Assembly: GCA_964490075.1 (NCBI GenBank)
Contig: CAZBBK010000049.1
Coordinates: 1 to 42,403, forward strand
Reading direction: 5' to 3'
Length of the DNA: 42,403 nt
From: an uncultured Gemmatimonadota bacterium
GTDB taxonomy: Bacteria > GCA-2686955
The notes beneath the pieces are model-generated. The model was not told the origin of the DNA. It saw only the letters and a program-made list of their open reading frames with translations, and made no database searches. Every line of letters begins with the position of its first letter. The stretch's first letter is position 1. Below are positions 11,608 to 21,996 of this stretch, piece by piece. The position numbers were made by a program, and so were the translations under genes.

Positions 11608-12748
11608 TCGCGCCGAAGTCGGAAAACCGGGGCATCATGATCGCCTCGGTCTTCATCGCCGTGGTGCTGTGGCTGCACATCGCCACCGAGCGCACCGCCG
11701 AGACCATGCTTCGATTGCAGCCACGGGTCAGCGGGCTCGATGAATCGCGAATCGTCACCGTGCAGCCCTCCGGCGAGTGGCTGCTCACGGTCGAAGGCAC
11801 CGGCAAATCGCTGTTGCGCAACTCGCCGGAGGACCTGCCGCTGATCCTGGATATCTCGGCGCTGCCGAACGGGGCCCACGAGTTCACCCCAGCGTCGGCC
11901 AGCCGCGTCGAGTCGGCAACGCAGGATCATATTCGTGTGACGCTGGTCGCCGGTCTGCCTCCTCAGATCACGGTCCCGAAGAACAACGCGATTCGCTTCG
12001 GTGCGGTGCACCAGCCGCTCTCCATGCGCCTGCACATCGAAGAGCTGGAGCGAGAGCAAGTGCCGGTGGTTCCCTTCATCGAGGCCGATCGCTTCTCCGA
12101 GGTGGCGTTGCTCACGTCGGTTGTGGTCGAGCCGGATTCGGTGGCGGTGCACGGGCCGCGCTCGGCGCTGGAGGCGCTGCGTTCTCTGAAGACGACGCTG
12201 ATTCGATCGCAGGTACGAGGCTCCGATCTGATCTTCGAGTCGCGGGGCGGCGATGCCAAGACCGTGTCGCTCGAGCAGGGCAAGGGCGACGTGAGAGTCG
12301 ATCTTCCGGTTGGACTCGACCTGACCCACCTCGATCACAGAGCTCGTTGCGAGTCCAGCCAGGTCGTGGTCAGGCTGGTGCTCTCGCCGATCACGGAGCG
12401 CGTTTTCGAGTCGATTCCCGTTCAATTCGTCAATCGGCCGCCCGGCTTCGATGTGAGAGTCGACTCGAGCCGAATGACTCTGACCTTGGCCGGTCCGGCC
12501 GACGTGCTCCAAGCGGTCGCGGAGAGCGAGCTCGAGCCTTTCGTCGACCTGCGTCCCTACCGAAGCGGCGGGGTCTACTCCGTGGCGGCCGAGATCCCCC
12601 TGATCGAGCGCTTGTCGTTCCGCCGCGCCCGGCCCAAGGCGTTCAAGATCACGTTGACGCCCACCGCGAGCTCAGGAGATCCCGGCGAGGATGCTACTCC
12701 CGAGCCGGAGACCGGCGACCCGGAACCGGGCGGCGCGGAAGGCGGATC

Positions 12749-12752
<4 letters not shown>
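11604..12752 (+). CDS. YbbR/CdaR-like membrane-anchored protein
   Basis: N-terminal TM SVFIAVVLW; repeated beta-rich modules (VEPDSVAVHGP, LTLAGP..VL...FVDL) as in YbbR domains. Confidence 0.65.
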
Positions 12753-13764
<1,012 letters not shown>

Positions 13765-13768
<4 letters not shown>

Positions 13769-15762
13769 TCGCCGGCTTCGCCCTGTTCGCGGCGACGGCC
13801 GCGGCCCTGCTCCTGCCGCGCGCTCTGAGCGGTCTCGATCAGCGTTCCCGTTGGTCCACGGTGGCACTGCGTACCGCCGCGGCTTGCGCGCTGCTGCTCA
13901 TCGCCTGGGATCCGGAGTGGATCTGGCGCCAGACGCGCACCCGGCCGGTCGAGGTGGTGGCGCTGGTCGATCGTAGCGCCTCGATGCGGATCGCCGATCC
14001 CGAGCCGCGCTCCGATGTGGCGGATCGCTTGCTCGAGAGGCTGCGCTCGGCGAACGCGGAGCGAAGCTGGATCGTCGAGGAGTTCGGGAGCCCGACCCGC
14101 TCCGACCTTGGCAAGGCGATACGCGGCGCCGGAATGCGCCACGACGCAGCGGCCCTGGTTCTGGTCTCGGACGGCGCCGGCAACACCGGGCCGCCGCCCG
14201 AAGGGGTCGCGGCCACTCTGGGAATCCCGGTTCATACGATCTCGATCGGATCGCATGAGGGGCCGCCGGATCTGCGGATCGCCACGCCCCGGGTGCCGGA
14301 TCCGGTCCCCGCCGCCACTCCTTTCCATGCCGAATTCAGCGTGGAGTCTCATCGGCCGGAGCAGAGCGGGACGCAGCTCCGCGCAGAGATCCACTGGGGC
14401 GACTCGCTGCTAGCCTCGTGCCAGATCTCGGTGCCGGAGGGGCACAGCGACCACCGCGTCGACCTGCCGTCGCTGCCGAGCGGAGCTCATGAGCTGCGCA
14501 TCGAAATCCCGGTGCAGCCCTCGGAGACGATCGCCGCCAACAACTCCCGATCGGTGATGGTGCGGGTCGCGAGTACGCCGATCGCCGTGCTGGTGATCGC
14601 GCGCGCCCCCTCTCCCGACCTGGCGTCCCTGCTGCGTGCCCTGCGTGCCGATTCCGGCTTCGAGGTCCGAAGCGTGGTGCGGACCTCCTCGACCCAGGCG
14701 CTCCGGGAGGGCTTCGCGGTGGCCTCGACCGCCCCCGTATCGCCGCTCGACCTGGAAGGGATCGAGGTCGTGGTTCTGGTGGGATCTCCCTGCCCCGACC
14801 GATTGCCGATCGAGGAGGCGGTGCTGAGCCGCGGCGTCGGCCTGATCGCGTGGGCCAGGGACGCGGACGATCACTGCTTCCCCCTCGCGGAGCACCTGCC
14901 ATTGGCCTTCGCTTCGCATGGTCCTCGATCCGGTCCGGACACATCCCCCCCAGCGCGGCTCGACCATCCCGCGCTCGGAGCCGGAGCGCTTCCGCTGCCG
15001 GATTGGCGGGCGCTGCCGCCGCCCCTGTCCGGAGCCGCGGCCACGCTCGGATCGGGGCAGCTGATCGTGGGATCGGCCGACGAGCCGCTGGTCGCCGTCG
15101 CCGCGATGGGACGGGGCCGGGTCGCCGCGCTGGCCCTGGGCGGCACCTGGCGCTGGGAGCTCTCGTCGATGCGCGCCGGACGCGGCACCGCCCGCGTCTT
15201 CTGGACCTCGCTGGTCCGTTGGGCCGCGGCGCGAGCCGGCGGCGGGGACTTCGTGGCGGCGCCGAGCCAGCCCTTCGCCTACGCCGGCGACTCCCTCTAC
15301 TTCGAAGCCACCGCCACCGATGAGCGGGCGGCGCGAGGCTCCCCGGTGGTGCGAATCACCGGTCCCGAGGGGGATGCCCTCGCGCGCTTTGCGCTGCGCG
15401 CCGTGGCCGCGGGTCGCTACCGCGGCGGCGCACCGGGTCTGCCCCCCGGCAGCTACCGCTACACCGCCTTGGTCGACGAGGTGGCGGCCGACTCGGGCGC
15501 CTTCGTGGTCGCCGCGCAGGATCGGGAGCTGCTGGAGCCGCGCGCGCGCATCGACGTCATGGCGAGCATCGCCGCCGCCTCGGCCGGGATCGGTGCAGAT
15601 GCCGCGACGCTCGCCGACCTCGAGGCTCTGCTGCCCGAAGGACGCCGGGAGCAGCGCGTGCTGCGGAGCGCCCGACCCGGCCGAAACCCCTGGCTCCTGC
15701 TCCTGGCGGCCGGACTGCTCGGGGCCGAATGGTGGCTCCGGCGGCGCTCGGCTCTGCCCTGA
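13765..15762 (+). CDS. Large membrane protein with vWA-like and Ig/GATase-like domains
   Basis: Two N-terminal TMs, MIDAS-like DRSASM and LVSDG, GRGRVAA..WRW, C-terminal TM PWLLLLAAGLLGAEWWLRRR. Confidence 0.7.
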
Positions 15763-15789
15763 TTGCACCTGTGCATTACACTCGCCGCG

Positions 15790-17295
15790 ATGGAACTGAC
15801 CCTGCTCCTGGCCAGCGCCGATCCGAAGATGCGCGAGACGGTCACCGCCGTAGCGAATCGAACCGGGTTTCGCGTGCTCTCCGCCGCCAACGGCTCCAAC
15901 GCGCTGGCCTGGCTCAGCAACGAGGCCGCCGCGGTGCTGGTGCTGGATCACCCGCTGCCCGATTGCGACGCCACGCGCCTGTTGACCACCGCGCGCCGCA
16001 AGGCGCCCACGCTCATGGCGCTGGCGGTGGTCGACTCGCTCGACTCCGCGGAGCGCGACCGGCTGCTGCGCGCCGGCGTCGACGAGCTGGTCGACAAGCC
16101 GGTGGGCGGCCGGGGTCTCGGCGGCCGCCTCGAGGCCCTGCTCGCCAAGGCGAAGACCGATCGCCGCTTCAACATCCTCGGAACCTCGCGCGCGGTGCAG
16201 GAGCTGCGCAACATGATCCGACTGATCGGCCCGACCGCGGCGACGGTGCTGATCACGGGTGAGAGCGGGGTGGGAAAGGAGCTGGTCGCACGTGCGCTGC
16301 ACGGAGTCAGCGAGCGCGCTCAGAGCCCCTTTCTCGCCGTCAATGCCGCCGCTCTGGCCAGCAGCGTGCTGGAGTCGGAGCTCTTCGGACACGAGAAGGG
16401 CGCGTTCACCGGGGCAGACACGACTCGCAAGGGGAAATTCGAGGCGGCCGCCAAGGGCACGCTTTTCCTCGATGAGATCGGTGAGATCGACCTCAACACG
16501 CAGGTGAAGCTCTTGCGCGTGCTCGAAGACGGACGCTTCTCTCGAGTGGGAGGAAACGCCGAGCTGAGCACCGACTGCCGGGTCATCACGGCCACCAACA
16601 AAGAGCTGGGGAGGGAGGTCGAGCGCGGCGATTTTCGCCGCGACCTCTACTACCGGCTGAAGATCGTCGAGATCCACGTGCCCCCCTTGCGCGAGCGGAT
16701 CGAAGACCTCCCGATCCTGTGGGAGCATTTCGCGGCGCAGGCCTCGGAACGCAACGCCGTTCCCTATCGCGGAGTCCACCCGGCGGCGCTGCGGCTCCTG
16801 GAGAGCTACCGCTGGCCGGGGAACATCCGCGAGCTGCGCAACGCCGCGGAGCGCGCGGTGCTGCTCGCGCAGGGCACCCAGATTCGCGAGGAGCATCTTC
16901 CGGTCGACCTGCACGCTCAGTCCCCGGGCTCCTCCGCCAATCTGCCCGCCCCGGTCGCCCGCAGCCGCGAGGATATGGAGCGGGAGGCTCTCTACCAGTC
17001 GCTGGTTGCGCTGCGCGCGGAGATCGCCGAGATCAAGACCATCCTGCTGCAGATGCAGGTGCTGCCAGCCCAGCAGCCGCTCCACAAGGCGCACGATCCG
17101 CTCGCCCCCCCGCCCCAGGAACCGGGCCCGGTGCTGGTTCCCGACGAGCACAACTACACTTCTCTGGGCGAGATGGAAGAGCAGATGATCCAGCGCGCCC
17201 TCTTCGATTTCGACGGCAACAGAAAGCGTGCCGCCACCGCTCTGGGCATCAGCGAGCGCACGCTCTACCGCAAGCTCAAAGAGCTCAGCGACTGA
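15790..17295 (+). CDS. Sigma54-dependent transcriptional activator (receiver-AAA+-Fis HTH)
   Basis: GESGVGKE, ELFGHEKGAFTGA, LFLDEIGE, FRRDLYYRL, WPGNIRELRN, HTH AATALGISERTLYRK; N-terminal receiver-like domain. Confidence 0.93.
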   Translation: MELTLLLASADPKMRETVTAVANRTGFRVLSAANGSNALAWLSNEAAAVLVLDHPLPDCDATRLLTTARRKAPTLMALAVVDSLDSAERDRLLRAGVDELVDKPVGGRGLGGRLEALLAKAKTDRRFNILGTSRAVQELRNMIRLIGPTAATVLITGESGVGKELVARALHGVSERAQSPFLAVNAAALASSVLESELFGHEKGAFTGADTTRKGKFEAAAKGTLFLDEIGEIDLNTQVKLLRVLEDGRFSRVGGNAELSTDCRVITATNKELGREVERGDFRRDLYYRLKIVEIHVPPLRERIEDLPILWEHFAAQASERNAVPYRGVHPAALRLLESYRWPGNIRELRNAAERAVLLAQGTQIREEHLPVDLHAQSPGSSANLPAPVARSREDMEREALYQSLVALRAEIAEIKTILLQMQVLPAQQPLHKAHDPLAPPPQEPGPVLVPDEHNYTSLGEMEEQMIQRALFDFDGNRKRAATALGISERTLYRKLKELSD

Positions 17296-17401
17296 TCTCA
17301 GCCGGCTCTTTTCCCCCTCGATCTGTGCTGCATTTGCACGCGATTGCCCGGCATTTGACCACGTTCCCGCATTGCTGACACGCACCGCCGGCGCGATCTT
17401 C

Positions 17402-17418
17402 CTGGTAGCGAAGTAGCA
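17402..17418 (+). promoter_or_regulatory. Putative sigma54 -24/-12 promoter
   Basis: CTGGTAGCGAAGTAGCA: GG (17404-5) N10 GC (17416-7), 34 nt before the next ATG; flanks match the consensus imperfectly. Confidence 0.4.
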
Positions 17419-17451
17419 TCGATTCCACTGCCGCAGCGAAGGGGACCGCTC

Positions 17452-19473
17452 ATGCTAGCCCGCGTTTCTCACCAACTTCCTACTACGGCGATTCTGATTA
17501 TTGCCGTCGCCGGCTGCGGAATCGAGCCTCCGCAAGCGCCAACCTGGGATGCCTCCTATACCCTCCCCCTCTTTGGAGACACCTGGGACGCCGCCGAGAT
17601 GTTGCAGGAGCTCGATTCGCTGATCGTCTACGATCCAGAGGACCCCGCTTCCCTCGGCATCGATCTCGACTACGAGCTCGAACCGATCTCCATGTCCGAC
17701 GCTCTCGTCGCAGGCGGCAGCAGCGACACTTTGGACTACGGATTGAACGATCTCGATCTCCAGGTCGAGATAGACGCCGATCCCGTATCGTTGGTGTTCG
17801 TCGATCTATTCCCGCCGATCGATCGCGGGATCGGCACCTACCAGGGATACGTCGACACCTTTTCGTTCCACCAGACGGTGCTGGTCGAAGAGGTCATGGA
17901 GCTCGAATCGGCTCACGTCGCCAGCGGAGAGCTCACGGTCAGTCTGTACAACGGGCTGCCGGTGCAGGTCTTCGACGTCAACGAACCGGATCGCCAACGG
18001 TTGCTGGTGCTCAAGGACTCCGGCGGTGCGACCATCGCCGAGACCGTGATCGAATCTCCGCTGCTTCCGGAGACGACTCAGGACATCGTCATCACACTCA
18101 GCGACGCGTCGCTCACCGCCGACCTCGAGATCGAAGTGATCGGCAGCTCGCCCGGCAGCGGGGAATCGCTGGTGTGGATCGATCCACAAGCAACGGTCGA
18201 GGCGGTCGTGACGTCGGAGTCCGATCTGATCGTCGACGAGCTGACGGGAGAGCCCGAGCCGATCGTTCAGACCTTCGAGACGGTTTTTCCGCTGGACGAG
18301 GGCATCTTCATCAGCTCGGCTGTGATCAAGAGCGGCAGCATGGAGATCCGCTACGAGAACCTCTTCGATGCCGGCGTCGAGGTCGAGCTGGTCATTCCGA
18401 CCTACACGCGCGAGGGCGATCCGCTGCAAGAGACGACCTGGATCGATGGACAATCCAGCTCAAATCTGTCCCTGGATCTGAGCGATGTCCGGATCGAACC
18501 GGAACCGGATCACCAGGAGTTGGCCATCGTGGCGACGATCCGAACCGAGGACCGGAGGGGAAATCCCGTCGTCATCGACGCCGATGATCGGCTCGAGATA
18601 TTCGTCCAGCAACAAGAGATGCACCTGAAGAGCATCTCCGGAATCGTGTCGACCCCATTCGAAGTCGAGCCGGAAGAGGTCGAGACTGAGTTCGGCGATC
18701 TCGATCTCGGCTTCCAGTTTCAATCGCCGCAGGGAGAGATCGTATTCGACGGCCCCCTGCCCTGCGATCTGGACCTCGACCTGGAGCTGGCGCTGCCGGG
18801 GGGCGGAACCCTGCTGCACGTGCAAGGCGCCGTGCCCGCCGGCGGCGGCGAGATCGCTCTGGAGAGCGCCGAGCTCGCCCAGCTTCTGGCCCAGGCGCCG
18901 CCGGTCCTGGTGCGCTCCGGAGAAGTCCGCCTGGGCAACGGCGTGGAGCAGATCGAGCTGGTCGCCAGCGACGCCATCGAGGGGCGGCTCCACGTATCGA
19001 CGCCCTTCGAGCTGATTCTCGAGGGCTTCAGCGACACCCTAGAAACGATGACCGTGGACGATGTGGACGAGGAGCTTCGCGAGGCGGTCCTGGAGCGCAT
19101 GCAGCAAGCATCGGTCGCTCTCAGGATCGAAAACTCGCTGCCGATGGGGCTCCAGGTCGAGCTGCGCCTCGATCCCGACTCGACCCGAGTCTGGTCCGAT
19201 CCCGCGGTGATCCTGCCGGCCGACGGGGCGCTGTCGATCGATCCCGCGCCACTCGGGGAAGGCGGTCGACCGACCGGCTCCACTCTCTCGACCGAGCAGA
19301 TCGAGATCACCGAGCAAGAGATCGCGGAGCTCTTCGGCGGCAAGTCGTTCTACGTCGGCGCGGTGATCGCGGTGCCGAGCTCAGAAGGGGAAATCGTGTC
19401 GATCTACGGCACGGACTCGATCGACCTGGCCGCACAGCTCGAGTTCACGGCCAGTCTCGGCGACATCGACTAG
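17452..19473 (+). CDS. Highly acidic beta-rich lipoprotein with internal repeats
   Basis: Signal peptide with lipobox VAGC; D/E-rich; recurring motif (ELTVSLYNGLP / SMEIRYENLFD / GEIVFDGPLP / VALRIENSLP). Confidence 0.75.
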   Translation: MLARVSHQLPTTAILIIAVAGCGIEPPQAPTWDASYTLPLFGDTWDAAEMLQELDSLIVYDPEDPASLGIDLDYELEPISMSDALVAGGSSDTLDYGLNDLDLQVEIDADPVSLVFVDLFPPIDRGIGTYQGYVDTFSFHQTVLVEEVMELESAHVASGELTVSLYNGLPVQVFDVNEPDRQRLLVLKDSGGATIAETVIESPLLPETTQDIVITLSDASLTADLEIEVIGSSPGSGESLVWIDPQATVEAVVTSESDLIVDELTGEPEPIVQTFETVFPLDEGIFISSAVIKSGSMEIRYENLFDAGVEVELVIPTYTREGDPLQETTWIDGQSSSNLSLDLSDVRIEPEPDHQELAIVATIRTEDRRGNPVVIDADDRLEIFVQQQEMHLKSISGIVSTPFEVEPEEVETEFGDLDLGFQFQSPQGEIVFDGPLPCDLDLDLELALPGGGTLLHVQGAVPAGGGEIALESAELAQLLAQAPPVLVRSGEVRLGNGVEQIELVASDAIEGRLHVSTPFELILEGFSDTLETMTVDDVDEELREAVLERMQQASVALRIENSLPMGLQVELRLDPDSTRVWSDPAVILPADGALSIDPAPLGEGGRPTGSTLSTEQIEITEQEIAELFGGKSFYVGAVIAVPSSEGEIVSIYGTDSIDLAAQLEFTASLGDID

Positions 19474-19488
19474 GAGGCAGAGGCAACG

Positions 19489-20697
19489 ATGCGCGCACCC
19501 ATCCTCGGAATCGCAACCATGTCGCTGATGTGCGGCTCGGCATCGGGCTCAGGACCCGACGCGGCGTCTCTGGCCCTCGGCGGCGGCGGACTGGCCGCGT
19601 CCCGCGGCATCTCCAGCGCCTGGCAGAATCCGGCGCACCTGGCCCTACCGGACGGCCCTTCCTGGTCGATCGGTCTGGTCGGTGCCCAGGCGGCGATCGG
19701 CAACGACGCTTTCTCGCTTTCGGACTACCAGAGCTACAACGGCGCCTACCTCGATCAGGGCGCCAAGGACGAGATCCTGGGTGCGATCGGCCCCGAGGGC
19801 ATGGCGCTGCACGCAGCGGCGAGCGGTGCTCTGCCGGGAATCCACATCGGTCCTTTCGCGGCCTTCTCGACCACCATGCTGCACTCCTCCGCGACCCTCT
19901 CGCGGACCTGGGCCGAGCTGGTGCTGGACGGTGTGCAGCTCGACGAGGCGATCGACCTGGGCACCACGGCCGGCGTGCTGGACGCCTGGTCGGAGCTGGG
20001 CGTCGCCCACGGGCGGCGCATCGGCCCGCTCGCCTTCGGAGCGTCGATCAAGTGGTTGCAGGGTCACTACCATGTCGAGAGCGAGGCGGCGGGCGACCTC
20101 TCCCCGACGGTGGAAGATGGTGTGATCACTTCGCTCGGGGCCACGGGATCGCTGCGGGCGACCACCGCCGAGGGGGGCAGCGGATGGGGCGTCGACGTCG
20201 GGCTCGCTCTGCTGCTCGGCCGCACCACTCTCTCCGCGGCGGCATCGAATTTCGCCGGGAGCATCCACTGGGACCAGAACCCCCGTCTGACGGGACTGGT
20301 CTACGACGAGGAGCTGGAGCTCGGCGAGGAGCCTCCCGAGCCGCAGGAGATCGATGAGACGATCGATCCCTTCGATGCCGCGCTGCCGCAGGTGTGGCGC
20401 GCGGGCCTCGCCCATCCAGTCTCGGATCGTCTGCTGGCGGTAGCGGCCGCTTCGCGAGTCGGCAGCGGAGCCGACGCCGTCGACGATTTCGGCGCCGGTC
20501 TGGAGCTGCGGCCCTTCTCATGGTTTGGTCTGCGCTTCGGCTCGGGGCACAGCTCGGTGGACGGCGTGCGCTTCACCGGCGGCATCGGATTCAGCCCGGG
20601 ACCGATCGCCTTGGACTTCGGTGTCGGCCACCGCGGAGGATTCTTCGGCAGCGCCATGGGCCTCGACCTGGCACTCACCCTGGCACTGGTTCCCTAG
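19489..20697 (+). CDS. Putative outer-membrane beta-barrel (FadL/PorV/DUF5723-like)
   Basis: Signal peptide; SLALGG...WQNPAHL N-terminus; amphipathic strands FGASIKWL, GWGVDVG, GAGLELRP..LRFG; RBS AGGAGG. Confidence 0.65.
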   Translation: MRAPILGIATMSLMCGSASGSGPDAASLALGGGGLAASRGISSAWQNPAHLALPDGPSWSIGLVGAQAAIGNDAFSLSDYQSYNGAYLDQGAKDEILGAIGPEGMALHAAASGALPGIHIGPFAAFSTTMLHSSATLSRTWAELVLDGVQLDEAIDLGTTAGVLDAWSELGVAHGRRIGPLAFGASIKWLQGHYHVESEAAGDLSPTVEDGVITSLGATGSLRATTAEGGSGWGVDVGLALLLGRTTLSAAASNFAGSIHWDQNPRLTGLVYDEELELGEEPPEPQEIDETIDPFDAALPQVWRAGLAHPVSDRLLAVAAASRVGSGADAVDDFGAGLELRPFSWFGLRFGSGHSSVDGVRFTGGIGFSPGPIALDFGVGHRGGFFGSAMGLDLALTLALVP

Positions 20698-21395
20698 GGC
20701 ACCAGACCGGGCGCCAGCCGCTCGACTTCGTCCGCCGAAAGGCGAAAGTAGGCCTCCGCGCATCCCTGCTCGAAGAGACCGGTGAAGGCTCGATACTCCG
20801 ACAGCCCGTCGGCCGCCCGCGCCAGATCCTCGGAGACGATCGCCAACGCTGAGTGCCGCCTCGCGGCCTCGTCGCGTCCGAGAGAGAGCGCGAGGTTCAC
20901 GATCCCCAGGTCGACTCCGTCGTGGAAGGCGATCCAGCGTGGCCGGCACACTTCGAGCGATTCCAGCACCGCGCGCAGCATCGGCGCGTCGAGACCGATC
21001 GGTCCGGGCACGACCAGAAGCGAGGGCGAAGGTCGCGCCCCACCGAGGTCAGAGATCGCCCTGGCGAGGGGCGCATCGGAGAGCTCGGTGATTCCGAGCG
21101 CCGCGGCAGCCTGGCGCTCGGCCGCCGGCCACGACACCTCCTCGGCCAATTCGAATCGCACCCGCACCAGCCTCAGCGCCACTCCCGCCGCCGCCCACCT
21201 GGCGAGCGACCCGCCACAGGCGAGGAGCGTGTCACGCGGCTCGCGCGCCCAGACCCACACCGGTCCGCTCGGCGTCGCCTCCCACCTCCGGGGATGAACC
21301 GGCGCACGCCGCAACGAAGGGAAAGGGTGGAGGCGGTCCCGGACGCGCTCCGGAACCACGCGCCGCACGACACGCGTCACCCGCGATTCCGGCAC
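20694..21395 (-). CDS. Degenerate PIG-L/LmbE deacetylase-like protein
   Basis: VWVWAREPRDTLLACGGSLARW and ERQAAAALG resemble PIG-L (PHPDDExxGxGG, ExxxAxxxLG), but the metal-binding His residues are absent. GTG start inferred; the upstream part of the track ORF overlaps the next gene. Confidence 0.5.
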   Translation of the reverse strand: MPESRVTRVVRRVVPERVRDRLHPFPSLRRAPVHPRRWEATPSGPVWVWAREPRDTLLACGGSLARWAAAGVALRLVRVRFELAEEVSWPAAERQAAAALGITELSDAPLARAISDLGGARPSPSLLVVPGPIGLDAPMLRAVLESLEVCRPRWIAFHDGVDLGIVNLALSLGRDEAARRHSALAIVSEDLARAADGLSEYRAFTGLFEQGCAEAYFRLSADEVERLAPGLVP

Positions 21396-21397
21396 GA

Positions 21398-21988
21398 CTA
21401 GGATCCTCCCACCAGCTCGAGCTTGAGCTCTCCCCAGCTCCAGTCGGTCGCCCCCCGCTGGTCCTTCCAATCCAGGATCTCCCATTCCGACCCGCTCGGA
21501 ACACGCTGGAGCAGGAAAAGAGCCTCTCCCAGGGCGACGATCTGGATCGGTGGCTGGCTTCCGAAGGGGTCGTCGACCGTCAGCACGTAGTCTCGATAGA
21601 GCTCGATCGAATCCTCGTACTGCTCGGGATCGGGGTGCTCGTCGGTCTCGGTGAGGACGAGCAGCGGAGCCGCCGGCGTAGCGTCGAGAAGATTGCGCGT
21701 GAAACGCGCCTCCTCCTCGGCATCGAGAACGCCGCCATCGGGGATTCCCAGGGCATCGGCGGGATCGGGGAAGAAGAGGTAGTCGTCGGCGAGCAGCATC
21801 GTAATCAGGCTCGGCTCCTGGTTCTGGTAGATCTGAACCAGGTCGAGCAGGGTCGTCTGAGGCGTGATCGGGCTCAGCCACCAATCCGGAAGCTCCTCCG
21901 GCGGCTCCCCTTCGCGGAGCGCGAAGGGATTGGCGCAGCCCGCCGTGGCGAGCGCAACGAAAGCGATCTGGAGAGTCTGGCGAATCAT
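21398..21988 (-). CDS. Hypothetical lipoprotein
   Basis: Lipobox TAGC; RBS AGGA; acidic mature domain. Confidence 0.7.
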   Translation of the reverse strand: MIRQTLQIAFVALATAGCANPFALREGEPPEELPDWWLSPITPQTTLLDLVQIYQNQEPSLITMLLADDYLFFPDPADALGIPDGGVLDAEEEARFTRNLLDATPAAPLLVLTETDEHPDPEQYEDSIELYRDYVLTVDDPFGSQPPIQIVALGEALFLLQRVPSGSEWEILDWKDQRGATDWSWGELKLELVGGS

Positions 21989-21996
21989 GGTCCTGC

